In this document: one piece after another, positions 33,648-44,333 of the stretch
Layout: each line of letters opens with the position of its first letter
How positions within the stretch are numbered: position 1 is the stretch's first letter
Source of the DNA: an uncultured Acidobacteriota bacterium
GTDB lineage: Bacteria > Acidobacteriota > Terriglobia > UBA7540
Length of the DNA: 64,000 nt
Assembly (NCBI GenBank): GCA_963804995.1
Contig: CAWDSK010000005.1
Coordinates: forward strand, 416,001 to 480,000
Direction: 5' to 3'
Program-made: the position numbers and the translations under genes
Notes under the pieces: generated by a model
What the model saw: only the letters and a program-made list of their open reading frames with translations
Database searches by the model: none
Told to the model about the DNA's origin: nothing

Positions 33648-33768
33648 GATAGCCTCCGACGGTAGAATTCTTGCCGGCCTCGGAAGGCCTTCTCTTTTTC
33701 AATCGGCGGAAAGGGGTTAAACCTTTAAGAGATTGCGAATCAGGTCACTGGTGGCGCGTCGGTTCGGG

Positions 33769-34236
33769 CTAAGGGTCATGCTTCTGGCTTGAGTCATTCG
33801 GTGCTTGCAGGTTCGCACCGCTCAGGTACTCTTCACACTTCCGATCAAACTCGTTAAAGTGTTCAATCAACCAGAGCTTTATCAGCTCAACATACTCCAG
33901 GGTAAACTCTCGATCCCCTGAAGCAATTTGTTCGCGGAGCCCGAGCAAAGCATGTATTAGCCCTCCGTGAGCAGCCTTGTGAAAGAGGTACTTGGGGTAG
34001 CGGTGCAGGCGGAGAATCTGTTCTTCGGTTGCGTAGTGAGTCTTGGCGAAGTTATAGAGAATGGTAAGGCGCTGAATCCGGGAATCCTTCGGTTCATTGG
34101 CCAGGATGGACTCGTATAGTCCGGTTACCAGGCCCACGAGATGGCGATGTTGGCCATCGACCACTTGGTTATGAAGAAGGTAGCTTTCATCCCAGGAAAA
34201 GAACGGGTTAGGGGCAGTAGGCATCGGGGGCACCAT
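33769..34236 (-). CDS. Bacteriohemerythrin (second, divergent copy)
   Basis: VDGQH, HYATEE, HKAAH, WLIEHFNEFD. Confidence 0.88.
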   Translation of the reverse strand: MVPPMPTAPNPFFSWDESYLLHNQVVDGQHRHLVGLVTGLYESILANEPKDSRIQRLTILYNFAKTHYATEEQILRLHRYPKYLFHKAAHGGLIHALLGLREQIASGDREFTLEYVELIKLWLIEHFNEFDRKCEEYLSGANLQAPNDSSQKHDP

Positions 34237-34385
34237 GCTCTCTTTCGAGAATCTCGTCTCCTATGTCATCGGCCAATTGGGCGAGGTCCTTAACCACCGG
34301 CCTTTTGTCCGCCGATCGTGGCTGAGATGAGGGTGGAGCTGGCGATGGATTGCCAATCGGAGGGTAGCCCCCAGGTTCGAGAACA

Positions 34386-35117
34386 TTATTTTTTACGCGG
34401 TGGCTGTGAGGGCCGCATTTCAATACGGCTGGCCAGTGCGGTTTTGGGAAACTTGTAGAGATCGATCACGGCCTTGGCAATATCTTCGCCGCTTAGTTTC
34501 CAACTCTCGTGGGTTTTCGAGCCAGGCGCGGCATTGAAATCTGTATCGACGCTCCCTGGCATGATGTAACTGACGCGAATGCCGTCGTAGCGGATATCCT
34601 GCATCATGGCCTCGCTAAAGCCGTTCAGGCCGAACTTCGAGGCGTTGTAGGCGGAGCCGCCCGGAATCGCATTAATCCCGGCAAGACTGGAGATGTTGAA
34701 AATATAACCACCACCCCGCTTGCGCATCAGGGGAATGGCTTCGCGGCAGCAGTAGAAGACGCCGGAGAGATTGGTCTGAATCGTAGTATCCCACTCTTCC
34801 ACGCTGAGTTGGTCGACGGGCTTAAAAAATCCCAATCCCGCGTTGTTGACCAGGATATCGAGGCCGCCAAAACGCTCGGCCGCGGCGCGAACCAGCTTAC
34901 GGCAGTCTTCGTAATGGCGAACGTCGGCCACCGTACCATCCACGTTGGCGGGAGTCTTAAGACGAAGCTTTTCCAAAGCCGCCTTCAGAAAATTCTCATC
35001 GCGCCCGCAGATGAAGACCATGGCGCCCTCGGCTAACAAGGCCTCGGCAATACTGTAACCAATCCCCCGCGAACCGCCGGTAACAATGGCAACTTTGCCT
35101 GTAAGTTCGGTTGTCAT
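34386..35117 (-). CDS. SDR-family oxidoreductase
   Basis: TGGSRGIG, NNAG, YNASK. Confidence 0.93.
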   Translation of the reverse strand: MTTELTGKVAIVTGGSRGIGYSIAEALLAEGAMVFICGRDENFLKAALEKLRLKTPANVDGTVADVRHYEDCRKLVRAAAERFGGLDILVNNAGLGFFKPVDQLSVEEWDTTIQTNLSGVFYCCREAIPLMRKRGGGYIFNISSLAGINAIPGGSAYNASKFGLNGFSEAMMQDIRYDGIRVSYIMPGSVDTDFNAAPGSKTHESWKLSGEDIAKAVIDLYKFPKTALASRIEMRPSQPPRKK

Positions 35118-35369
35118 GAATAGCCCCCTGTCAAATGGATGAATAATGAGATTAACCCAAAATTCCTGAGTCGGACGAGGTTTTCTGGGTTTGACATCTC
35201 AAATCGCAGCGGTGGCGAGAATCTTGAATCCGGGATCGGGATGGAACAGATATTTCCTGGCAGCCGAGGCCAGTGGTAGAATCGCGGCTTCGGCTTGAAT
35301 TACAACTTTTAAGGGATATGAAGCCGAAGTAAGGGCTTGTAAAGACTTCGGCCCAGGATAGGTCCCGCC

Positions 35370-36413
35370 ATGACGGAACTCAGGGAAGAAATCTTCCAGC
35401 AACCCGCAGCACTTTCCGGGCTGCGAAAATATTATGCGAGCCCAGGGGCCATTTCGGTCAGAGCCTTGCGTAAACTCGTGCGCCATTGGCCGCCCACGGT
35501 GGTCTTCACGGGCATGGGCTCCTCGCTCTACGCGGCATACCCCGCCCAGGCTTATCTCTCTTCGCAAGGGGTGCGCGCGCTGGTCTGGGAGACAGCGGAA
35601 CTGGTACACCACCACCTCAAGGTCTTACGGCCTGACACGCTGCTGGTGGTGGTTTCACAGTCGGGTGAAACCGCAGAGGTGCTTCGCCTGCTTGCAAACC
35701 TTCCTGCCCAAACTCGGGTGTTGGCAGTGACCAATGTGGAAGCAAGTTCCCTGGCTAGGAAATCCAACCTGCTGCTGCCCATGATGGCCGGGGGGCAGGT
35801 CGCCGTCAGCACCAAGACTTACACGTGCTCAGTGGCAGTACTGATGTATCTGGCCTTCGCGATTGCAGGCACCCCGACGCGCACGTTGACGCAGGAAGTC
35901 ATGCGGGCCGTGGAAGCCGAGGAGAAGATCCTGGAGCGCCACGAAGTGCTGATCCCGCCCCTGATGGAATTCTTCAACCAGCCGCCTTACGTGGCGATCA
36001 TGTCACGCGGGGCTGACCTGTCAACGGCCTACCAGGGGGCTCTTACATTTAAGGAAGTCGTACGGTTGGCCGCCGAACCTATCAGTGCGGCGCAGTTCCG
36101 CCATGGGCCCATGGAGATTATCAACCCGAGCCACCGGTACCTCATCATCGCCCGGCAGGGTAAGACCGCCAAGCTCCTGATGCGTCTCGTCGGCGACATC
36201 AGCAAGGCGGGTGGGCGTGTGATGCTATTTACAGATATCCCCCACAAACCCTTCGTCAACACGCGCTTGGTTCAAGTCGAACCTCTCGGCTTGGGGCTGG
36301 GAACCCTTGTGGATAGCCTCTACTTCCAGTTGCTGGCGCACGAGGCGGCATTGCGTGCAGGACTTGACCCTGGCAAATTCGAATTCACGGAAAACGTGAC
36401 TCGGAAGGAATGA
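35370..36413 (+). CDS. Double SIS-domain sugar-phosphate isomerase (GlmS C-terminal-like)
   Basis: EIFQQP, GMGSS, SQSGET, STKTY, FRHGP; no glutaminase domain. Confidence 0.88.
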   Translation: MTELREEIFQQPAALSGLRKYYASPGAISVRALRKLVRHWPPTVVFTGMGSSLYAAYPAQAYLSSQGVRALVWETAELVHHHLKVLRPDTLLVVVSQSGETAEVLRLLANLPAQTRVLAVTNVEASSLARKSNLLLPMMAGGQVAVSTKTYTCSVAVLMYLAFAIAGTPTRTLTQEVMRAVEAEEKILERHEVLIPPLMEFFNQPPYVAIMSRGADLSTAYQGALTFKEVVRLAAEPISAAQFRHGPMEIINPSHRYLIIARQGKTAKLLMRLVGDISKAGGRVMLFTDIPHKPFVNTRLVQVEPLGLGLGTLVDSLYFQLLAHEAALRAGLDPGKFEFTENVTRKE

Positions 36414-36622
36414 ACAGACCTCTCCCAACCCCCACGGCCCACGACACGGGCTTCCAATCTTCTTGGAAACCTTGGCCAGGCCGAATCCGGCGAAGGGATG
36501 CCCCTCGCTTGCCCGACGCGAAGATGCGCCGTGCTGGGCCCGCTTATAGTAAGAGCCGCTTTGCCGAGGATAGCTGCACCCTCGGCAAAGTGCTCACGAC
36601 TAGCTGTTTGGAGACGAAGCCC

Positions 36623-36976
36623 TTAGTTCCTGGAGCGAAGTTCCTGGCAAGTAACGCAGTACCGTGCCCAAGGAATAGCCTTGAGGCGATTGGGGGAAAT
36701 TTCTTCGCTGCACGCTTCGCACACGCCGTAAGTCCCACCGGCGCAACGCGCCAGCGCGCGTTCAATTTCCTTCAAGGTCCGGCTGCGGAGGTTCGCTGTG
36801 ACCACCGTGACGTCCTGTTCAACCGTCCTGACGGCAAATTCCACCGCATCAGGAGATTGGACGCTCGCCGACAGTGCTTCCGGCTCTCTCCGTGTAGAAG
36901 CCAGAATCTCTTCGCGTTTCTTCAACAAGAGGGTTCGATATACCTTTTTTGGAGACTTCACCGCTGTTCGCATCAT
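36623..36976 (-). CDS. TraR/DksA C4 zinc-finger protein
   Basis: IERAL.R...GTYGVCEAC.EEI...RL.AIPWARYCVTCQE. Confidence 0.9.
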   Translation of the reverse strand: MMRTAVKSPKKVYRTLLLKKREEILASTRREPEALSASVQSPDAVEFAVRTVEQDVTVVTANLRSRTLKEIERALARCAGGTYGVCEACSEEISPNRLKAIPWARYCVTCQELRSRN

Positions 36977-37189
36977 AGTTATTCCTTCCCAAACCTTGCA
37001 GGGACAACCTTCATTTTGAAGTTCTGCCCGTGGATTCGGATGTTCGAGATAATACCAAGGTTGCACGAAATGTCAAAGTTTTTTATTGAACTATATTGCC
37101 TTATTTTTCAATGTTTTGCGACTTGCCTAGGACGTAATATCGTTACAGCTCGGAGTTTGGCGCAATAATATACTGATGGAGCCCTTTCC

Positions 37190-37912
37190 ATGACCACCCG
37201 CGAGGATATGCTGTCTCGAGTTCAAAAGGCCCTTGGTGCCCCTCCGGGTGGATCCATCGCACCTCCCTCGTCAGCCTTTGATCCTACTGGAGTTATGCCT
37301 TCCTTGGCTCCGGAAGATTACCTGGTCAAATTCGAAACCGAGTGGGAGAAAGTCTCGGGCGTTGCATATCGCATCACTTCCATGGATGAGCTGGAATCCG
37401 TCTTCAAAAAGATCCTGTTGCGTGTGGAAACGCAATCCGTGACGCTTACCCGCAACCCGCTGTTAGCCGAACTACATCTCCCTGAGCGACTTTCTGCCCT
37501 GGAGAAGTTCGTAACTTCGTGGCCAGTCGCCTCTGGGGGCACGGTAACGGCTCCCCTAACCGATTTCAATAAGGCCAGCTTCCATGCCGGAGTGGGAATC
37601 ACCGGGGTGGATTACGTTTTAGCGGAAACCGGCACCTTGGTCCTGTCCAGCGCGACCGAAGGCGGACAGATTACCTCTCTGGCTCCACCCATTCACATAG
37701 CCCTCTACCGACGGAGCCAACTGGTCGGTTCGCTGGATGAAGTCCTGGCCAAACTCCAGCCGTCTTACCCAACGGGCCAGTCCAGTCTCGGCCGCTCGAT
37801 AGTTTTTGTCACCGGAACCAGCCGCACTGCCGATATTGAACAAATCTTGATCCGCGGTGTGCACGGCCCAGGCGAAGCCCACGCCATCCTCGTGGAAGAT
37901 AGCTGCCGGTGA
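37190..37912 (+). CDS. LutC/YkgG (LUD-domain) protein
   Basis: AETGTLVL, SLAPPIHI, TG.SRTADIEQILIRGVHGP. Confidence 0.88.
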   Translation: MTTREDMLSRVQKALGAPPGGSIAPPSSAFDPTGVMPSLAPEDYLVKFETEWEKVSGVAYRITSMDELESVFKKILLRVETQSVTLTRNPLLAELHLPERLSALEKFVTSWPVASGGTVTAPLTDFNKASFHAGVGITGVDYVLAETGTLVLSSATEGGQITSLAPPIHIALYRRSQLVGSLDEVLAKLQPSYPTGQSSLGRSIVFVTGTSRTADIEQILIRGVHGPGEAHAILVEDSCR

Positions 37913-38070
37913 GCCGTTAGGCCGTCGCGCTCCTTAAAAATCTGAGGGAACTCAATGAAGATAATTACGAATTAAGAATTACGAATTGGATCCACCATAA
38001 TTCTTAATTCGTAATTACCAACCTACCGCCGGAAGGACCGCGACAACCGCGCCGGCATCTCGTCCTGGGC

Positions 38071-38337
38071 CTAGCGGTAGGTTTTCTCGGATCGCATGAG
38101 AATCGCCGAGATTTCCACGAGACGTTCGCTTTGATAAGGAATGAAGATAATACGCCAGCGGCCTACGCGCTTACGGTAACGCCCTTGCCATTCGATACCC
38201 TTCAAAGGTTTCACGTCGCCACGAAAGGGGTCTTCCGCCATTTCATCCAGGCGTTCGAGTAAAAGATCCTGGTAACTCCGAGGGACCTTGCTAAGCTGTC
38301 TTGCGGCGGTTTTTGATAATCGGACGTCCCAGGTCAT
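38071..38337 (-). CDS. RelE/ParE-family toxin
   Basis: DVKPLKG...YRKRVGRWRIIF...RSEKTY. Confidence 0.88.
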   Translation of the reverse strand: MTWDVRLSKTAARQLSKVPRSYQDLLLERLDEMAEDPFRGDVKPLKGIEWQGRYRKRVGRWRIIFIPYQSERLVEISAILMRSEKTYR

Positions 38338-38608
38338 GGCGCAATTGCGCGAGGGTTACATGATCGCCCCGACGCAGTTCGGCTTCTCCTTTACGAACAG
38401 TCTTCTCTTCTGAGGAGGCGAGAATATCGTCCGGATCGACAAGCCTTTTGGGTTTGATCACCACGGCTCCATTGCGGCTCTGAACCTCAACAAAGTCACC
38501 TTCTCGCAGGCCAAGGTCTTCACACAACCGTTTGGGAATTACAACTTGTCGCCGTTTTCCTACTCTCCCAATGGAACTGTTTAGCCCTTCTGCTGTTCTG
38601 ACAGTCAT
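38291..38608 (-). CDS. AbrB/MazE-family antitoxin
   Basis: QVVIPK.L.E.LGL.EGD; overlaps the toxin gene. Confidence 0.85.
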   Translation of the reverse strand: MTVRTAEGLNSSIGRVGKRRQVVIPKRLCEDLGLREGDFVEVQSRNGAVVIKPKRLVDPDDILASSEEKTVRKGEAELRRGDHVTLAQLRHDLGRPIIKNRRKTA

Positions 38609-38654
38609 ACCGACAGAGTAGCAGAGATTTGAATCCTGTCAAGTTTCGGAAACT

Positions 38655-38745
38655 GGTGTTGGCGTCATTAGGAAGTGCCACGGGCGTCCCGCCCGTGAAC
38701 GGTCACGGGCGAGACGCCCGTGGCACAGCAAATGACACCACTACC
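38655..38745. mobile_element. MITE with IS1-like ends enclosing a GTGCCACGGGCG REP doublet
   Basis: GGTGTTGGCGTCATTAG...CAAATGACACCACTACC; no clear target duplication. Confidence 0.65.
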
Positions 38746-38850
38746 AAACGGGTCAGATTGACACAAGGCACTCTATGAGTGCTGTTCCTGCGGGCGGCGA
38801 CCCACAACTCCACCCCTTACTGGGCGGGAATGCCGTCTTATAACGCATCC

Positions 38851-40581
38851 TTATCGCCGGAAGGGCCGCGACGCGAGGATTTTGCCGCCCTCTTCGATGG
38901 TGTAAGTGTTGTTGGCCTTGAGATTCTTAAGGGTATCGTGCTGGCCGCTGGGCCAGAGGATTTCGACCGACTGTGCTTCCTCCGCTTGCCCCAGGCCAAA
39001 GGTCAGGGTTAGCTCGCTCTGTGAGCAATAGCTCGAGCCGGAGTGGACGGTCTGCCAGTTTTCACCGGCCCCTGAGCGCACCCGGACTTCCGCGCCGATG
39101 CCATCACGGTTCGAGCGCGTGCCGACGGTCTTGATCCGGATCGCATTGTTGTGACTGCCGCCGACGTTGTGGAAAAGGTAGGCTGGGCCGCCGTTCGTAG
39201 TCACCAGGATGTCGGGCGCGCCGTCGTTGTCGATATCCGCATGTGCGGCGCCGCGTGCCACCAACCTTCGCATGAAACCCAGAGTTTTGCCGACTTCCTG
39301 GAATTTGTCGTTGCCTTCGTTGTGAAACAACAAGGGGAGCTGCGCGTAGCCGACTTGCGCCTGAATGCGATTGATGTCAGGTTCGATGTGGCCGTTGGCT
39401 ACGAACAGATCCTCGCGGCCGTTCAGGTCGTAATCAAGAAAAAAAAGGCCAAAGGAAAGCGAAAGCAGGCTGGCGCGGCCCACGCTCGAGGAGGGCGCGA
39501 TGTCGATGAAGAACCGATTTCCCTCATTGTGATAGAGGCCCAGCATCTGGTTCGAGAAGTTCCCTATCGCCAAGCTGGGATAGCCAGAGTGATCGAAATC
39601 GACTTCGTCGATGCCCATCGCCCCGCGCGCAATCCCATCTTCGCTAAAGGCAATGCCAGCCTGCACGGCTTGTTCGGTGAAAGTGCCGTTGCGGTTGTTG
39701 TGGTAAAGCTTATTGCGCTCCGTATCGTTAGAGACAGCGAGGTCCGGCCAGCCGTCGCGGTCGTAGTCAATCACCGCCACACCCAGTGATTTGCTGGTAG
39801 GGTCGTAAATCCCCGCTTTCTGAGTCACATCCTCAAAGTGCCCGTTGCCAAGGTTGTGAAAAAGCCGGCAGGTGTCGCCCTTGTATGCCTCCGGCGTGCA
39901 GTAAGACTTGTGACTACCGTCGAGCGTGCAGTAGAGATCACCCTTTTCCGTCCACTTGACGTAGTTGGTCACGAAAAGATCAAGCTTGCCGTCCCGGTCG
40001 TAATCCACCCAGGCGGCACTCGCGCCAAAGCCCGGATTGTTGACGCCCGCCGACGCTGTCACATCCCGGAAGTGGCCATGCTCGTTGTGGAAGAGGCGCG
40101 CTTCGCCGAGGCCGGTCACGTAAATATCGTCCCAGCCGTCGTTGTCGTAGTCGCCCACCGCCACGCCCATCCCGTACATTTCCACGTCCAGCCCCGCCTT
40201 GGCCGTAACGTCGGTAAACGTGCCATTGCCGTTGTTGCGGTAAAGCTTCAGCGTCGTCCGGCGCACCTTGTGACCGGGGAAATCGGCGCCATTGACAAGC
40301 AGGATGTCGGGATTGCCGTCGTTGTCGTAGTCGATAAAAGCGCAGCCCGCCCCCATGGTTTCAGGCAGGAATTTCTTTCCGAACGCACCGGTGTAGTGGA
40401 CAAAGTCGATGCCAGCCTGGTGGGTAATGTCAACGAAGTGAACACCGGACTCAACAGCACCATTGGGGCTCGCCGCCGGGAATGTTGGCGCAATCCTCAA
40501 CACCGCCAAGAGGAGCCCAGTAAAAACGATCAGCCTGATGGCCAGCGGTCGTTGCGATGGAGACGAACAGTAAAAAGCCAT
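38851..40581 (-). CDS. CRTAC1/ASPIC-UnbV family FG-GAP repeat protein
   Basis: Repeated DYDNDG motifs; SNRDGIGA.V, GSSYCSQS...FGLG, WPSG. The start is uncertain. Confidence 0.9.
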   Translation of the reverse strand: MAFYCSSPSQRPLAIRLIVFTGLLLAVLRIAPTFPAASPNGAVESGVHFVDITHQAGIDFVHYTGAFGKKFLPETMGAGCAFIDYDNDGNPDILLVNGADFPGHKVRRTTLKLYRNNGNGTFTDVTAKAGLDVEMYGMGVAVGDYDNDGWDDIYVTGLGEARLFHNEHGHFRDVTASAGVNNPGFGASAAWVDYDRDGKLDLFVTNYVKWTEKGDLYCTLDGSHKSYCTPEAYKGDTCRLFHNLGNGHFEDVTQKAGIYDPTSKSLGVAVIDYDRDGWPDLAVSNDTERNKLYHNNRNGTFTEQAVQAGIAFSEDGIARGAMGIDEVDFDHSGYPSLAIGNFSNQMLGLYHNEGNRFFIDIAPSSSVGRASLLSLSFGLFFLDYDLNGREDLFVANGHIEPDINRIQAQVGYAQLPLLFHNEGNDKFQEVGKTLGFMRRLVARGAAHADIDNDGAPDILVTTNGGPAYLFHNVGGSHNNAIRIKTVGTRSNRDGIGAEVRVRSGAGENWQTVHSGSSYCSQSELTLTFGLGQAEEAQSVEILWPSGQHDTLKNLKANNTYTIEEGGKILASRPFRR

Positions 40582-40743
40582 AGCAGTGGGAGCTATTTGC
40601 CGGAGCCCCGAGCCGCTAACGCTGTCATTCTGAGCCCGCATTTTGGGCGAAGAACCCCCGTAGTTCACTCCGTGCGCCCTCCTGCCTGCCGGCCTCAACC
40701 TATACCTTCATCGACGGAACTCGCGCGAAGCGTTCGCTGCGCA

Positions 40744-40970
40744 TTAGAGTCCTGAGTCAGAAGTTCGCTGATAAAGTCTCAATGGGTTTCAGGGCGACCC
40801 CCTCACCCGTCCCGCCTCCCGATAGAATGCATCGGGACGGCGGTCCACCCTCTCCCCCAAGGGGGCGAGGGCAGTAAATTCAAACGAACTCCCCCCTCAC
40901 CCCCTTGGGGGAGGGGCCGGGGGTGAGGGGGTTCTTTAATAATCAGCGAACTTCTGACTCATGACACTAG
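40744..40970. mobile_element. MITE-like element, copy 2
   Basis: TTAGAGTCCTGAGTCAGAAGTTCGCTGA...TCAGCGAACTTCTGACTCATGACACTAG. Confidence 0.85.
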
Positions 40971-43915
40971 TTGGTGGCCGCTGCCTACTGCCTTCCGCGT
41001 ACTGCCTACTCTTCTCCAACGTCCCCAGCGGCACGGAAATATGCTCGTGGACAGGCTGCGCTTCGTTATTGTCCTCCGGGTGCGCGAGCTTGTAGGGGCC
41101 GGTGATGGCGCGCGAAGCCTCATCAGCCTTGAAGCGCAGGTAGAGCTTTTCCTCGCGCGCAGCGAGTTGATCATCATTCAGGCCGCGATAGCAGAGCATG
41201 AGGTTGTAATGGGCTTCGAGGTCCTCGGGGTCAACCGCGAGGGTCTTTGCCAACTCCGCGACGGCCTCGCCGTGCTTACGCTCGAAGAAATAACATGCGG
41301 CCCATCTGGTTGCGCACCACGCGGTCGCGGGGATATTCAGCGGCAGCGTGCGCGAATTCTTGAAAGGCCTCCGCATACTTGCCGTCGGCTTTCAAAACCA
41401 GCCCCAGAAAGTAATGAGCGCTGGCGAGCTGGGGATTCAAGGCCAAGGCTTTTTCGAGCAGGGGTTGGGCAGCTTCGGTATTGCCCTCCTGAATGCGCAC
41501 CCGGGCAACGTTGACCCAGCTATCGGCATAATTCGGATCGGCCTTCGTGACATTTTCAAAAGCCCGCTCCGCCCCTTTCAGATCGCCTTCGAGCAGCAGA
41601 CCGATACCGTAGTCATTCCAGCGCTCGCGGTCTTTGGAATCGGCCGCCCAATGCTCGGCAAAAGCGGGCGCGCTTTTGGCTGTGACGGGAAGTGCCAGGG
41701 TCTGCTGACTCATGACCACCGTCGGCACGTCGGGGATCTGCGGGGTGCTGGCGGAGACGTTTGAGAGATTTCCCTGGAATACCCAACGCCCATCGTCGTG
41801 GTCCTTGGCCACATCGGGATGAGGGTCGGAGGGATCGCGCACGCCGGCAAAGGACCATTGCGTGTTCCACCAGGAAAACTTCCGGTAATTGAGTTTGGCC
41901 GTCAGGGTGATGGAATTGCCGCAATCCTCGGGAATCTTCAGCCGGTAATGAACTGTGTCAGCGGCGCCGGGAGGAATCAGGCGCGCATACAGAGTGGCGC
42001 GCGTTGACCAGGCATTGCGCTTATTGATGGGATTGCCATGCCCGTCGAGTTGCAGTGAGCGATAGAAATGCGCGCCGGGTTCGACCGGCCCGTGGCCCTG
42101 GTCCGCCGCTTCCCCACTCCAAAAGATGATGCGGCCTTTTTCGTCGCGCGCCTGAAGCTCCACCCAGCAATCGAAAGCATCCACGGTCCCACCGGGGAAG
42201 AAATGGCCAACCTTACGCGTCCGCACGACGACTTCCACGCGCACCGTGTCCCCGCGCCGAACACTGGCCGGCACACTGCCGAGTGGCGCGATCAGTTTCG
42301 CCACGGGCAAGCCCTGGACGGCGGCGCCTGCCATCCCCGCGGCAGACTCTTCACCCACGGCGAAGGTGCTGGCAAGCTGCGGGCCCTCCCGTGCCCCGGA
42401 CGCTTCCGCTCCCGCCGCCGCTTCCGCGGGCTCAGACGCGAGCGCAAAGATATCGACCGTGACCGCACCCTTGAGAAAATCCTCGACGGCAGCAATTTGA
42501 GTCTTGTCCCCATAAGAAGCGGGGACCGCCGTGTTGGCAGCGGCAAAACGGTGGGAATGCACAAAGCCGTTCAGGTTTCCCAAATCCTGGGAAGGCACCA
42601 AAGGCATGTGGCAATCCGCGCACTGTTGCGGTTTGGGAGGATAGTAGAACGAGCGCGCCCCCTGGCCCGAGAAGCCACTGGCCTGCCAGTTGTCGTAATC
42701 GTTGAAGCCGCGAATCCAGCGGTAGTTGTTCACCGGAACATCCAGGTGAACCTTGTGGCACACCGAGCAGAACTCGGGAACCAATTTCGGGTCACGATGG
42801 AACGGCTTCAGGAACGCGTTGCGATGCGGTTTGGGGTCGAGTTTGACGGCGTAATTGTGCAGGGCGACCAGCAGGGGATTCTTGCTCGAAGCAAGGGAAT
42901 CGAGCGGCGGGTAATCCATAACGAACCCGCCCTGACCCATGCTGTTATTGACGTGCACAATCGAATGGCAGGACATGCAGCCCAGGCCATTCTGCGCCTC
43001 CCGCGTGTGCAGGATTTCGCGGATGGGGTGCTTCTGCATCTTGTCGGCAAAGGCGATGGCGTGGTCGTGGCAACCGGCACACCACATCGAGGACTTGATG
43101 CCGATGGTGTCTTGCATGTACTCAATGGATTTGCGGTACCACTGGTTATTGAACGATGCCATGTGATGCATGGAGCTTTGCCACTGATTGTAGATATCCG
43201 CGTGGCAGGCTTTGCAGGACTGGGAATCCATGAAGAATTGCGAGGTGATGGGCTTGCCGTCAGTCGTGGTGGCGGAACTGGGGAACAGCAGGCTCGCGGG
43301 CCCGCTGCCTTCTCCCTCCATGCTGAGCGGCGGCGTGTCCGGATTGCGCACCAGAAATTGCGGGTTGGGGTGGAGGCGATGGTAAATCGCCACACTGCCA
43401 TAGAAGAGCGCTGAGGCGACCGTCAACACCGCGGCCCATCGCCAGGCTTGACGGAGTGCGGTGGCGGCTTGGACGTCGCGGACTCGCGCGCGTAAAATCG
43501 CGAGCAACAAAACGATGCCGGCAATCGCGGCACCGACGTGCGCATAGAGCGCCAGGCTGTGCGGCCGCGTCATCCCCACGAATACCAGGTAAATCCCGAA
43601 AGCCGCGGCCAGAGCGAGGAATAATCCTGCAAGTCTTCCGACCACTCTGTAGCGGCGCTCTCCGAGCGCCGACCGGCGGTCGGAGACCGCCTCTACAGCT
43701 TCTCCGCCCGCGAGCAGGTCGCGGTGGCGCAGGATCAAGACCACGAGCAGAATTCCCGCTACGACTCCCAGCAAGGGGTGAAGCAAGGCGTTGCCAACAT
43801 AGAAGAGTGTGGGATCGCCGAACGCGGCCAGGTAGGCGCTATTCGCGACCAGCAGGAGCCCGAAAATAAGGAGCCACTTGGCTGCCCCCGTAAGGGGTTG
43901 GTTGCTATGGTCCAT
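40936..43915 (-). CDS. Membrane-anchored multiheme cytochrome c with C-terminal TPRs, frame broken by one extra base near 41287
   Basis: N-terminal TM helices; five CxxCH motifs (CKACH, CAGCH, CMSCH, CSVCH, CADCH); the TPRs continue in ORF 40936-41376. Confidence 0.85.
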
Positions 43916-44333
43916 TGAGGTGAACTTGTTAGCCCTGTTTCCAAAACCTGTACGACAGGCGAACACAAACGACTAGCACCTTTAGTTTCAAGCCTGCGCG
44001 GCAATTACCCAATAGTTTCTTTGCACTACTGCCCCAATTTATTCCAATGATGGGCGATCCCGCTTAGGGATGAAAGCGGGTAGCCAGTGCGCCGGGATAA
44101 CGGGTCTGAAGCAGAGGATGAAGGCGCCTTACGAGAAAGGAGAAGCGATCCACTCGGCCTCAGTTTTGCGCTGGGCACCGCGAGGTGCACAGTGGCTCGC
44201 GGAAGCACGCGCACCCTGATTGCCAAGGGCAGGGGCCAACAAGGCAGGTCGCAGACTCGATGGGGCGGCGGCCTTCTATTCCAAGGGATTAGCAGGATTC
44301 TCAGTCAGGGCTGAAAGATCTGGCATGGATTCT

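Noticed and set aside
35150..35369. glmS ribozyme upstream of the SIS gene (GACGAGG present)
   Set aside because: The AGCGCC cleavage-site motif and downstream core are absent, and the gene lacks a glutaminase domain.
43966..44330. Riboswitch or ncRNA upstream of the cytochrome gene
   Set aside because: Only short hairpins; no recognisable aptamer consensus.
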